A stretch of DNA of 64,000 nt, from IMG/VR virus record IMGVR_UViG_3300035034_003571, positions 67,160 through 131,159 of that record; one strand, written 5' to 3'. A program made the translations under genes and the position numbers. Source of the stretch: a virus. Within the stretch, counting starts at the first letter, position 1. Each line of letters begins with the position of its first letter. Under the pieces are notes generated by a model. It saw nothing but the letters and a program-made list of their open reading frames with translations. It searched no databases and had not been told where the DNA came from. Positions 10,740 through 20,849 of the stretch are shown in pieces.

Positions 10740-10769
10740 TCATATAAGATTAATTTAAATCTTTATTTA

Positions 10770-11357
10770 TTATAAAGGAATAGAATCTATCAAAGATGTA
10801 AGATTAGCAATCTGATCAAACAGAAGAAGTAGAGAAGATGGCAAAACGTAAAGAATCTCGTTTGCTGCTTTTAATAAACGGCCGAAAGCTGCGGTAATAG
10901 ATGATAATAATCCAGACAAAGTATTTTTAGAAGTTTTAGTTAAATTTAAAGCGTATACTGGATTGGGTGCAACTGGAGGTGTTCCGATAGCGGGAGGCAA
11001 AAGAATATTTGCTATAATGCTTGTAACGTCAGGTGGAATTCTTTCAACCCCTTCCTTTAATATTTTATATTCCTGTTTAACTATAGATATTTGTTCGGTA
11101 ACTGATTTCTTTAAATTAGCTCTTAAAGTTTCCTCCGCCTCTTCCCTTTTTTCGTTTGCTTCACTAATAGCTTGCTCCTCGTCCATTCCTCTATCTATAT
11201 TCTCTTGAATTTCTTCGCTAACTATAGTATTATAGGATCCGAGTCCAGCACTCTTAGCTACTAAATTATTAGTTACTTGATCTTCATTAAGTCCCGGTAA
11301 ATTTTCGCCCAAATCCCCCAATTTTTTAATCAAATTTTCTTGCTGTTCTATAGACAT
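10770..11357 (-). CDS. Hypothetical protein downstream of the spike gene
   Basis: 195 aa helical ORF coupled to the gp5-like gene. Confidence 0.5.
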   Translation of the reverse strand: MSIEQQENLIKKLGDLGENLPGLNEDQVTNNLVAKSAGLGSYNTIVSEEIQENIDRGMDEEQAISEANEKREEAEETLRANLKKSVTEQISIVKQEYKILKEGVERIPPDVTSIIANILLPPAIGTPPVAPNPVYALNLTKTSKNTLSGLLSSITAAFGRLLKAANEILYVLPSSLLLLFDQIANLTSLIDSIPL

Positions 11358-11358
11358 T

Positions 11359-12018
11359 CTATTTAGTTTTAGTATTTTTACTTAATACTCCAGAGGGTAA
11401 AGGAATAACTGGGGGAGCTCCGGAACTAGGATGAGTATGAGTATCATAGATTCTTTTAAAAGAATCCCCTTTAATAACAGATTCTATTGCTCCTTCTCCT
11501 AATTCTATATTTCTAGAATTCACAATAACTTTCCTTTCCTCCATTCTTATTTCATCGTCTCCCATTTTTACAACAACTCTAAGATCTCCCCCGTCTCTAG
11601 TATCCAATTGAATTTTTGCATTATCTAATTCTAAAAGTAAACCATCTCTTTTTGTATATAAGATTTTCAATGGTCCGGGTTCTGACTCTGTATCATATAA
11701 TAAAACATGAGATCCCTCATATGAATCCCTTATTTCGTCTAACATTACTTGGGAATATGAATGGATAAATTCATAATAGATATTATAGTAATTATCTCCA
11801 TCCATATCTATTCCCACTACCGCACCTACTCTAGGAATGGATATGGTTCCAGATGCATTTCCTCCGGCGAAAATAATACCACCAGCTTGATCCGCCCACG
11901 GAAGATCTTCGTCTTCTATATCATCAAAAAGACCGAAAACTCTTATTTTAGCTCTCGCCTGGTATAGAGGATCTTTGTTGTCCACTATAATTCCATATCT
12001 AGTCTTTCCTTCCGGCAT
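11359..12018 (-). CDS. Baseplate central spike (gp5/gpV OB-fold) with no lysozyme domain
   Basis: GIIVDNKDPLYQARAKIRVFG...DLPWA...IPRVG OB-fold; C-terminal HTH (HxH) apex motif. Confidence 0.85.
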   Translation of the reverse strand: MPEGKTRYGIIVDNKDPLYQARAKIRVFGLFDDIEDEDLPWADQAGGIIFAGGNASGTISIPRVGAVVGIDMDGDNYYNIYYEFIHSYSQVMLDEIRDSYEGSHVLLYDTESEPGPLKILYTKRDGLLLELDNAKIQLDTRDGGDLRVVVKMGDDEIRMEERKVIVNSRNIELGEGAIESVIKGDSFKRIYDTHTHPSSGAPPVIPLPSGVLSKNTKTK

Positions 12019-12020
12019 TA

Positions 12021-14990
12021 CTATTCGTTATATTTTTCGTCTTTAGGATGATTGTCTCCCAAACTAAGATCGTATTTAGTATGAGGTTTAGCATTAGGAA
12101 TATCTTTAACTTCTTTTTCTTTAGTATCGTTAAAATCTCCATTAGTTATAGGATATACATTACCTAAGGTTTCTTTTCCATTAGCCATTTTCTGTTCTCC
12201 GTAAACATTATCTGATGGACCTTCGTAAGATCTCCCATCTATTACGTTAGAATTTGGCCTTTTAACTCCTAAATCAGAACCCGGAGAATTAGGATAAACG
12301 TCTCCTTCTGGCCCTATATAATCCCTTCTAGGTACACCTAAATCAGCTCCAGGAGAATCAGGATAAACGTCTTCACTTAAAGTTTTATTTTCTGGAAGAG
12401 TCGGAGTATTATAAACATTTTCGGGGGAATTTAAATTATTATTACTTTCAACATCTCCATATATGTCCTCTTTAAATTTTGGATAAACTCTATCAGGTAC
12501 TCCTAAATCAGCTCCAGGTGAGGTAGGATAAACATCTCCGTTAGGTTTTGGATAAGCTCTATCAGGTACTCCTAAATCAGCTCCAGGTGAGGTAGGATAA
12601 ACATCTCTATCACCATCAGGTTTTAGGTAAGTTCTCTCCGTCCCTCCCAAATCAGCTCCAGGTGAGGTAGGATAAACATCTCTATCACCACCTGGTTTTA
12701 GGTAAGTCCTACCCGCACCTCCTAAATCAGCTCCAGGTGAATCTGGATAAACGTCTCCGTTAGGTTTTGGATAAGCTCTATCAGGTACTCCTAAATCAGC
12801 TCCTGGGGAATCTGGGTAAACGTCTCCGTTAGGTTTTGGATAAGCTCTATCAGGTACTCCTAAATCAGCTCCTGGGGAATCTGGGTAAACGTCTCCGTTA
12901 GGTTTTGGATAAGCTCTATCAGGTACTCCCAGATCAGGCCCGGGTGACGTAGGATATAAATCGTCGTTGACACCAGGATAAACTCTATCAGGTAAACCTA
13001 AATCAGGTCCTGGTGAAGTAGGATATAAATCGTCGTTGACACCAGGATAAACTCTATCAGGTACACCTAAATCTGGTCCTGGTGAATCTGGATATACATC
13101 ATCATTAACTCCAGGATAAACCCTATCAGGTACACCTAAATCTACTCCTGGTGAATCTGGATAAAAATCGCCTTCTGGTTGTGGATAAACTCTATCAGGA
13201 ACCCCCAAATCTACTCCCGGGGAATCTGGATAAACGTCGTCATCAACTCCAGGATAAACTCTATCAGGAACCCCCAAATCTACTCCCGGGGAATCTGGAT
13301 ATACATCATCATTAACTCCAGGATAAACTCTATCAGGAACCCCTAAATCTACTCCCGGGGAATCTGGATAGACATCTCCTTCTGGTTGTGGATAAACTCT
13401 ATCAGGAACTCCCAAATCAGATCCGGGTGAATCTGGGTATGAATCACCCTCTGGTTGAGTATAAATTCTATCTGGTGGACCTCCAAATCCGCTTTCTTGT
13501 GGATCAGATCCAGAGAAATAAGCATTATCACCCTCCAATACATCTTGGGATGTTGAGAAGTTGTATACATTTTCAAATATTTGTACTGGTTGTCCGGAAG
13601 CTTGAGAGGTTAAATTAGCTACCCCCTCTGTAATCATATCTCCTATAGCACCTGAAACAAAATTAGTAAGTAAATCCTGTCCAGCTCCAAGTAAATCCCC
13701 TACTATACCTTCACCAAGTTTTGGAAATTTTTGAACCGAGGATCTGTTGGATTCCCAGCCATCAGACAGAACTAAGGGTAATCCATCTAATCTAATATTT
13801 GGATATTGGTTTTTAACCTTTACTCTTCCGACATGAACTCTAAATGCTTGCGTAGCTTGCTCTGCGGAGGTAGTACCCACATCTAAACTACTTTCTATAG
13901 GATAACTATCATCAAAATCAAATTCACATTGGCTACACTCATACATCATAACTGGCTTGATCCCTGCTTGATCCGATTGAGCCGCTAATACGTCATATTC
14001 TGTTTGTATTCCTGACTGCTGGGTCAAATTACCAACAAAACTGTTAAACGACCCTCCTGGAGAAGAACCCCCTGGATATATTTTATTTATTCCGCCCTGA
14101 ATTTTATTTAAAGCATTAGTAGTTCCTGGGTTCATATTTGATCCAAGATATGCACTAAGGTCATCTACCGCTTTAACCGCTGCTGCACTCCCTAAAAGTC
14201 TGGCAGTTTTATTTAGGTTTCTTATTTCAGAAACGAAAATAAACATCTTAAAATATTTGAGGTTCTTAGGTAAAAGCTCTCTCATATACTCAGCATCAAA
14301 CGTAGAAATCCTATATAAATCAGCTAAAGCCGACATTCTAAGATTCATAGACTCCAGACAATTAAAAGTTAAAACTTTATTAGCCGTTCTTTGAGCATTA
14401 AACGTATCAGTGAATTCTGAATTATAATCAGATCTTGCTACTGAACTTAATTCATCTAATCCCTCTATCGACTGGAAAAACCAGGGTGAATTTTTATTTA
14501 TATTTTGAAGCAATGTTTTAAATTGCTTAAGCATATCAGATCTTTTACCCCCTCCTCTTCCAAAATTTAGAGTATCCGCAAGCCCACCTAATTTGTTTCT
14601 ATCAACATTAAAAAAATCTAAACCTCTATCTAATATTACACCTTCTCTAATACCCCCAATACCGTCACTTAATGTAGATGACTGATTAAAATCAAATTCT
14701 CTTTCCTCTAGGTAACCTTGTGCAGAATAATAAGCTATACTGGAGTCAGATGGAAAATGATCATATTCTAGTTGTCCGAAAGGATTTTGAGCAAAAAAAC
14801 TATTAGTATCTCCAGTGTAATTAGTATCCTTAAATAGAGGGCTTGGAGGTTGTCCGTATGAATCTACCGGAAGTCCTCCAAAATCAAAAACTATTTTAAA
14901 TCCTAAATAAGTTGGATCCTCATAATTTCCTTGTGTAGAAAGGTTAAACCCTTTCATAAATAAACTTCTATCTTTAGCTGTTGCTCCCAT
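12021..14990 (-). CDS. Large tail/baseplate-associated protein with a 23-aa tandem repeat domain
   Basis: 989 aa; globular N-terminus (EDPTYLGFKIVFDF, PWFFQSIEGL) followed by YPxSPGxDLGVPDRxYP repeats; located in the baseplate operon. Confidence 0.6.
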   Translation of the reverse strand: MGATAKDRSLFMKGFNLSTQGNYEDPTYLGFKIVFDFGGLPVDSYGQPPSPLFKDTNYTGDTNSFFAQNPFGQLEYDHFPSDSSIAYYSAQGYLEEREFDFNQSSTLSDGIGGIREGVILDRGLDFFNVDRNKLGGLADTLNFGRGGGKRSDMLKQFKTLLQNINKNSPWFFQSIEGLDELSSVARSDYNSEFTDTFNAQRTANKVLTFNCLESMNLRMSALADLYRISTFDAEYMRELLPKNLKYFKMFIFVSEIRNLNKTARLLGSAAAVKAVDDLSAYLGSNMNPGTTNALNKIQGGINKIYPGGSSPGGSFNSFVGNLTQQSGIQTEYDVLAAQSDQAGIKPVMMYECSQCEFDFDDSYPIESSLDVGTTSAEQATQAFRVHVGRVKVKNQYPNIRLDGLPLVLSDGWESNRSSVQKFPKLGEGIVGDLLGAGQDLLTNFVSGAIGDMITEGVANLTSQASGQPVQIFENVYNFSTSQDVLEGDNAYFSGSDPQESGFGGPPDRIYTQPEGDSYPDSPGSDLGVPDRVYPQPEGDVYPDSPGVDLGVPDRVYPGVNDDVYPDSPGVDLGVPDRVYPGVDDDVYPDSPGVDLGVPDRVYPQPEGDFYPDSPGVDLGVPDRVYPGVNDDVYPDSPGPDLGVPDRVYPGVNDDLYPTSPGPDLGLPDRVYPGVNDDLYPTSPGPDLGVPDRAYPKPNGDVYPDSPGADLGVPDRAYPKPNGDVYPDSPGADLGVPDRAYPKPNGDVYPDSPGADLGGAGRTYLKPGGDRDVYPTSPGADLGGTERTYLKPDGDRDVYPTSPGADLGVPDRAYPKPNGDVYPTSPGADLGVPDRVYPKFKEDIYGDVESNNNLNSPENVYNTPTLPENKTLSEDVYPDSPGADLGVPRRDYIGPEGDVYPNSPGSDLGVKRPNSNVIDGRSYEGPSDNVYGEQKMANGKETLGNVYPITNGDFNDTKEKEVKDIPNAKPHTKYDLSLGDNHPKDEKYNE
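12262..13475 (-). repeat. Coding tandem repeat, 69-bp (23-aa) unit, about 16 copies
   Basis: 14 contiguous SPG-containing units plus 2 after a gap; two units are 75 bp. End points are approximate. Confidence 0.9.
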
Positions 14991-15011
14991 TCTTATATTT
15001 ATCTTTTTCTA

Positions 15012-16520
15012 TTAAACATCGCCAATACCTGAATCGATTGGATAATATTTAGGAAAATTCCCCGAGGTGTTTAAGACCCATGTTTTTTTCCTTAGATTAA
15101 ATCTTTGCTTTATAGTTCTTTCCTGATCATCATAAAATGCTTCATATCCGCTAATAACATATAGTCCACTTAGGAATTTATCCAAGACTGGCTTTCCGTC
15201 ATTAGATTGTAAACCATCCCCAGAATTCCCCTTTCTTTTTCCTTGCTCTTTTACATAGATCTCTACAGGAATTACCTGTCCCCTGTAAGCGAAAGGTAAA
15301 TATCTAGAAAATTCTATAACCAATCTAAATTTCATAGAATCCAAAATATTTATTTCATTCTGAACCTCAGCATGATTATAATTTATATGGGTAGTTGCAG
15401 AATCCCCAGTTTTACTAGATCCCGCCCAAATTGTTCTTTTTTCTTCTTTATATAGATTTTCTGTAGATCTTCCTTTTTGTAAATATGTATTTTCACCTAT
15501 ATCGGAAGTAGTTATTGCTTCTATTTCATATTTACCATATCCTCCATTTTCCTCTCTTTCGCTATCATAATATTGGATCTCTGAAACATACCCACTTTTG
15601 TTAGCATTTTGGCCCGAATCTGAAAGTAGGGTATAGCCTTCTATAAATATAGATAATCCCCTATTTTCGTCTCTATTACTGAATATTAATGGGATCTCTA
15701 AAAATCCTAATTCCATCCCAGGAATTATAGAATCGTCGTCTAGATTTCCGCCTCTTCCAGTAGATAAAGCTTTTATATTTTCAGCTTCCATTTTTCTTAT
15801 TGAAAATTGGTTTCCTAGATTTACGAAGTTTAGGTTATAATATACATCCACCCACACATCATAATAAGAAAAATCGTCTTTGTATGAATGTTGAGAAACT
15901 TCCATTATGAAATCATAATAGGAAAAATTAGGACATATCCAAGTCATATTGTCGGTTAAACCCATATCATTAGTAGAAAACCCAAGACCTAAATCTTGTG
16001 AAACCTCCAGAAGAGTCTCGCAGGAGGTTTTAGCTCTAAAAGCTTTAGTCCTTTGTGTATATAATCCAGGGATTCTACATTCTCCTAGTACAGAAAAAGT
16101 TTGGTCTATACCATCTGAATTATCTTCTATAATATTTATAGGGCTTCCTCCAACACTCAAAATATTAAAATCCATTCTTATAGGCTTGTATACGTCACCT
16201 ACTGCTCTTATATAAATTGAAAATATGTCACCATCTTTAGGATATCCTGCGGAAAGAAAAATTCCGTCTGTCATTACAAAAGAAAAACTACAAACTGGCA
16301 GAAATCCATTAGTTTCTAATTCAAAAGAGATTAGCTTGGTATCAACTCTAACCCCATTAATACTAATATAAGGCTTTTTATAACCAACTTTTTTGGAATC
16401 GACATCAAATACTACGGTCTTGTCAAATTCCCCCTCCTTAGTTCTATCAAAGGTAGCTATAGGATCTAGTTTAATAGATGCTTTAGTAATAGATTTTATT
16501 TCGATTTCTGGATTAGCCAT
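15012..16520 (-). CDS. Putative baseplate hub protein (gp27/gpD-like)
   Basis: DNMTWICPN, WVDVYYNLNFVN and DKFLSGLYVI motifs; position between the LysM-like and spike genes. Confidence 0.55.
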   Translation of the reverse strand: MANPEIEIKSITKASIKLDPIATFDRTKEGEFDKTVVFDVDSKKVGYKKPYISINGVRVDTKLISFELETNGFLPVCSFSFVMTDGIFLSAGYPKDGDIFSIYIRAVGDVYKPIRMDFNILSVGGSPINIIEDNSDGIDQTFSVLGECRIPGLYTQRTKAFRAKTSCETLLEVSQDLGLGFSTNDMGLTDNMTWICPNFSYYDFIMEVSQHSYKDDFSYYDVWVDVYYNLNFVNLGNQFSIRKMEAENIKALSTGRGGNLDDDSIIPGMELGFLEIPLIFSNRDENRGLSIFIEGYTLLSDSGQNANKSGYVSEIQYYDSEREENGGYGKYEIEAITTSDIGENTYLQKGRSTENLYKEEKRTIWAGSSKTGDSATTHINYNHAEVQNEINILDSMKFRLVIEFSRYLPFAYRGQVIPVEIYVKEQGKRKGNSGDGLQSNDGKPVLDKFLSGLYVISGYEAFYDDQERTIKQRFNLRKKTWVLNTSGNFPKYYPIDSGIGDV

Positions 16521-17080
16521 TAACCATTAGGTGATGTTGTGTCCGGTCCTAAAAATATAAGACCACTTCTAGTAACTGTTCCTCTTTCACCAACATCTAA
16601 AACATTTGGCGGAAGAGTCCCAGTTGTTCGATTTCTAATATTTGATTTAGCAAGATTTAAATATTCTTCTCTTCCTTTAGAAACTGAAAATTTCTTACTC
16701 TGTTGGCTTTTTCTAAATCTTTGATTAGAATTGCTTTCTCCTGGAGTTGCGAACGAAATTTCTTTTCTTTTTTCAAAAGCCAATTCAATAGAAGATTCTT
16801 CAGGAATGAAGAGTACGTCTCCTTGATCTATAGCGAAAGGGTTTGATATTCCACTGACTTTCATTAAAGTTCCACATTTACCTTGAGCTCCGAACTTTCT
16901 ATGAGAAATTAGATCGGGCCTCATGACTTCATCAGATTTTATGGTATGTAAACCACTAAACCTAAACCCGGAATCTATTCTTATAGAAGATTCAGTTAAA
17001 TCCCATATACCGAATCTATTCCCTGATGGTTCTGGATTGAATATATTTTTATTCCTTTGATTTGTATCTATATTAAGCAT
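16520..17080 (-). CDS. Baseplate LysM-like protein (gp53/gpX-like)
   Basis: RPDLISHRKFG...GISNPFAIDQGDVLFIP. Confidence 0.7.
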   Translation of the reverse strand: MLNIDTNQRNKNIFNPEPSGNRFGIWDLTESSIRIDSGFRFSGLHTIKSDEVMRPDLISHRKFGAQGKCGTLMKVSGISNPFAIDQGDVLFIPEESSIELAFEKRKEISFATPGESNSNQRFRKSQQSKKFSVSKGREEYLNLAKSNIRNRTTGTLPPNVLDVGERGTVTRSGLIFLGPDTTSPNG

Positions 17081-17082
17081 AA

Positions 17083-18891
17083 TTACCTTCTTTGACTATT
17101 TTGGGTTTTTATAAAGTCATTAACTTGTTCCAAAGCTCCAGCTCCTTGTAACTGTCCGGTATCGGAATCAGCTTTAGCTTCAGATATAGCATTAGAAGAA
17201 ACCTCTAGAGTAGATTGATAAAGTCTTCCTCTACCCCTATTAAACATACTTTCTATTTCGCCCTTTTCTCTTCCTCTCCCGTGCTTTAAATTAAACGTTG
17301 CGGTAAATTCAGTTGGGAAATCATCTGGACCCAATTTTTCTCCAAATTTAATATCAACTCCATCACATATTAAATTTCCTATCATAGCTATAGGATTTAG
17401 TGGATTACCTACAACCAAATGCCATTCTCCTATTGGGGCTCCAGTAAAATATGAAAGATTGAATTGTATATTTCTCATTAGACTACCTGACAGAAGGTTT
17501 CTTAAAGCTCGATCTCCAGCAGCTACTGCTTCTTCGTCAGTCATATCAGTATTTGATATAGTGTCATAAAAGGATGAAGAAAATTGAACAAACTCTGCGG
17601 AGCTTCCAACAATTTCGGAGTCCCCTTGAACTGTATTAGAAAGATTAGCTATTATACCTTCAGAATCTTTACCAACACTAGACATATATGTTTTTAAAAA
17701 TGTTACAGGGGCAGCATAAAATTGACGTAACCCGTCATCACCTCCAAGAAATCCTATAGCGGGAAATGAGTTATCATATCTTATATCAGGTCTTAAAAAA
17801 GTACCGTAATTTGTCCCGATAGAAAGGATATTAGCAAACAGATCTAGAAATGAAGCTTTAGTATTAACTTGTCCCAATGAGGTTAATTCATAATGAAAAT
17901 CCAAAGATATGTCTGAATTCTCAAAAGTAAGTCCAGCTCCTCTATAATAAGTTTTGTCTATAACATCTACGGAGGTAAAAATATAATCTGATAATGGACC
18001 GTCAGCGTCAGTTCCCCTTTCTCTAGCCCAATATTGTAACTTAGCATCAGTCATAGTTCTTTCCCCTTCCTCAGTAGAGGCAGAGGCTAAAGCAGTTAAT
18101 GAAATCAAAGCATTTTTTATTCCATCTTCTCCGGTTACTACTTCCTCTCCTTTAGCTAAAAGTAATCCTAAAATACTTTTAGAAAATCCTTGATCCGATG
18201 CTTTTTGGTTTAATATGGAAGAAGCAGACTTTTCATCCCATACCATTCCAGTACTAAAAGAGATTATATCATTTATAGAATTTCCGGTATTCCCTCCAAA
18301 CCATGTTATAGCTTGAGCTACTGGTTTACCAGCACCTTTTAGTTTATGTAAATCTGTTTCTTTTACTACATTCGGAAGTGAAAGGTTATCTAACATCGGG
18401 GTTGGATATCTCCTCAATGTTACCATATAATTATTTGGAATTTTTCCGTAAAATTTACAGTATAAAAAATCTGACCAATTATATGGAGCACTACTTCCGC
18501 CTAATATAGCAGAATTTAATGAATCCTCATTCTCTCCTGGGCTAATTGAAAGGTTAACTAAATTTTGGGCTGTAGGATTTTTGGATTTAGTAGAGGAAAT
18601 ATTTCTGTTAAATGCTCTATTTTCAGAAAGATAATATTCAGCATTTAATTCTTCATTCTGACCCTGTCCTGATCCAATCCCATAAAATAGGAATTTTCCA
18701 TATTTTCCATGCTTTCCTCCGTTTTTAGCACCCTGATAAAATAAGGTAGCAGCAGTATTTCCCATTGGATTTGATATTCCTCCAATATTACTCATCCGAC
18801 CTATTACCGAATCGGAAGTTTCCTCCCTTATCGCTTCCGTAATGTTAGGGTTTCCTCTATTTGCGGGGTCATAATAACCATCCATTGCCAT
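17083..18891 (-). CDS. Putative baseplate/tail-tube initiator protein
   Basis: IPNNYMVTLRRYP, GEWHLVVGNPLNPIAMIGNLIC and DDFPTE motifs; first gene of the baseplate hub cluster. Confidence 0.5.
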   Translation of the reverse strand: MAMDGYYDPANRGNPNITEAIREETSDSVIGRMSNIGGISNPMGNTAATLFYQGAKNGGKHGKYGKFLFYGIGSGQGQNEELNAEYYLSENRAFNRNISSTKSKNPTAQNLVNLSISPGENEDSLNSAILGGSSAPYNWSDFLYCKFYGKIPNNYMVTLRRYPTPMLDNLSLPNVVKETDLHKLKGAGKPVAQAITWFGGNTGNSINDIISFSTGMVWDEKSASSILNQKASDQGFSKSILGLLLAKGEEVVTGEDGIKNALISLTALASASTEEGERTMTDAKLQYWARERGTDADGPLSDYIFTSVDVIDKTYYRGAGLTFENSDISLDFHYELTSLGQVNTKASFLDLFANILSIGTNYGTFLRPDIRYDNSFPAIGFLGGDDGLRQFYAAPVTFLKTYMSSVGKDSEGIIANLSNTVQGDSEIVGSSAEFVQFSSSFYDTISNTDMTDEEAVAAGDRALRNLLSGSLMRNIQFNLSYFTGAPIGEWHLVVGNPLNPIAMIGNLICDGVDIKFGEKLGPDDFPTEFTATFNLKHGRGREKGEIESMFNRGRGRLYQSTLEVSSNAISEAKADSDTGQLQGAGALEQVNDFIKTQNSQRR

Positions 18892-18897
18892 ATCACT

Positions 18898-19248
18898 CTA
18901 TTCTAATATTTCAGCCCATTCTATATTAAAAGTATATTCTTCTTTGTTAAATTCTTTTAAGATGTTTTTTAAGCTATCTATAAAAGGATCTCCCAATTCT
19001 TTATACGTTACTAATATATCATTGGACCTTGTACTATATATTCCTTGAGTGATTTTCTTCTGAATTGAATAATTTATTACAAACTCTGATTCTGGAGCTA
19101 AGTCTTTTAGATCATAACCCAGCTCTTTTATGATTTTAAAAATGTCGACAACATAGAAACTATTCCCATTAGAAAATCTTCTTTTAGCTTCCTTTATGGA
19201 GCATCTTGCAAGATAGAAATTTATTTCCGTTCGTTCGTTATCTGACAT
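18898..19248 (-). CDS. Hypothetical protein
   Basis: 116 aa ORF in a co-oriented operon. Confidence 0.5.
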   Translation of the reverse strand: MSDNERTEINFYLARCSIKEAKRRFSNGNSFYVVDIFKIIKELGYDLKDLAPESEFVINYSIQKKITQGIYSTRSNDILVTYKELGDPFIDSLKNILKEFNKEEYTFNIEWAEILE

Positions 19249-19262
19249 AAATATATTATACT

Positions 19263-19574
19263 TTATTTAGATTCTACTTCATCAGTAGTATCGCTAGATA
19301 AAAACCCAAATGGGTCACTATCTAATGAAAACTCCAGGCCATCCATAGAAGGACTATTTAACGAAATACCTTCTTGACTTTCAGTGGATTCTTTTTTAGC
19401 TTCCTTTTTTAAATCAAAATTCATAGACCTTTCCAAATTCTGTCTATGTACTTCCTTACCAGCTCTTATTTTTCTAGCTCTTAGTTCTAATGCTTCTTTA
19501 GAAAGGGGGTTACTAGGTTTTTTAAATCCTAGTTGCTTTTCCATAGCTCTTCTTCTTCTTCTTGCTTCGCTCAT
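19263..19574 (-). CDS. Hypothetical protein (basic N-terminus, acidic C-terminus)
   Basis: 103 aa ORF in a co-oriented operon. Confidence 0.5.
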   Translation of the reverse strand: MSEARRRRRAMEKQLGFKKPSNPLSKEALELRARKIRAGKEVHRQNLERSMNFDLKKEAKKESTESQEGISLNSPSMDGLEFSLDSDPFGFLSSDTTDEVESK

Positions 19575-19576
19575 TT

Positions 19577-20143
19577 TTAAAGACTTAAATTATGTCTACT
19601 ATTATCTTTTTCAATAGGACTTTTTTGTGAAGGGTTACTTATATTCATTCCCATGACGAATTTAAAAAGTTTAAGGAATAACCCAGGAATGAAAATATCT
19701 CTAGTTTTTATAACATCATTCGCTGGAATGAATTTAAAATTTCCCTCTTTGTCTATTTCGTTTTCTAAATCAGTAACATCTACAGCAAAACAAGGATATT
19801 CACTATCCACGAATTTAGAAGCTGTTGAAGTTCCTAAGTAATACCATTTATCTGGATCATCTACAGAAATTCCAGATTTTTCCGAAAGTGCTTTTTTAGC
19901 AGAAGAAAGGAGGTCTGGGTCACCAGAATCTGCAATTCCACTTAAGGCGGAAACATCTAATCCCCCGTTCCTAAATGGATTTTTTTCGTTAATAACTCCT
20001 ATTAATAAAGGTAATTTATCACTATCGCAGGTAAATGGCATTACTACAACTTCCATTGACATTGATCTTACCCCAATAATACCTTCTCTTTCGACCAATT
20101 GATAATCGTCAGTCGAATGTAAGATCTTATCTGATTTATTCAT
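19577..20143 (-). CDS. Degenerate NUDIX-fold protein
   Basis: SGIADSGDPDLLSSAKKALSEKSG aligns with the Nudix box but lacks the RE..EE residues; followed by WYYLG and CFAVDVT. Confidence 0.5.
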   Translation of the reverse strand: MNKSDKILHSTDDYQLVEREGIIGVRSMSMEVVVMPFTCDSDKLPLLIGVINEKNPFRNGGLDVSALSGIADSGDPDLLSSAKKALSEKSGISVDDPDKWYYLGTSTASKFVDSEYPCFAVDVTDLENEIDKEGNFKFIPANDVIKTRDIFIPGLFLKLFKFVMGMNISNPSQKSPIEKDNSRHNLSL

Positions 20144-20768
20144 TTTCGCTTGTATTTTTAATATCCTCGTAGTATGTATTCAATATAGAATCCGAAAGAG
20201 ATTTCTTTATATCATCTATATTTAAACTAGAAATGACATAATCTACTATTTCCTCTCTTGCTCCATCAAAAGAGTTCGTTAATACAGAATATAGTTCCTT
20301 AGGTGGAAGATTTATTTTTATCGAAATATCAACATCAACCATATTAGGTTTTTGCTTACTTAATAGCCCATAAATGGGTGAGGCCTTATTTACTTTAACC
20401 CCTAGGGGAGAATTCTTAGTATAATTGATCGAATTAACCTCAGACTTAGAATTTATTTTTGGAATGTCGGAAGGAGTTTCCCCCAAATTAACTGGGGATA
20501 TGGGGAAAGTTTCTACAAATTCATTTAATAGCTTTTTATTTAATCTTAGCCCACTTTTAAAAACAAGAAATTCTATACTCCCCTCTTCGACCATGTGCGA
20601 AAAATATTCCACCCCTCCTGCATTTTCTCCTTTGATCCACTGGAATTCGAGTAATTTAAAATCTTCTAATAGGTCCTCTGTATTTTTACTAGTGTCCAGT
20701 TCCATTTTATAATCTTTATTTTCCGTAGTTTTTTTCTTTCTATTCCAAAAATCCCACTTGAAAGTCAT
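20136..20768 (-). CDS. Hypothetical protein
   Basis: 210 aa ORF preceded by a GGAAC-type promoter motif. Confidence 0.55.
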   Translation of the reverse strand: MTFKWDFWNRKKKTTENKDYKMELDTSKNTEDLLEDFKLLEFQWIKGENAGGVEYFSHMVEEGSIEFLVFKSGLRLNKKLLNEFVETFPISPVNLGETPSDIPKINSKSEVNSINYTKNSPLGVKVNKASPIYGLLSKQKPNMVDVDISIKINLPPKELYSVLTNSFDGAREEIVDYVISSLNIDDIKKSLSDSILNTYYEDIKNTSENE

Positions 20769-20849
20769 AATTTACCGTTAATTCGGTTTACTTAATCTTA
20801 TATCTAAAATTTAGTAAATAGTTCCAATTAAAATTAGCTATTATAGATG

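Noticed and set aside
12262-13475. Regular DNA repeats that might be a CRISPR array
   Set aside because: Units are multiples of 3, in frame within a long ORF, vary at synonymous positions and have no unique spacers.
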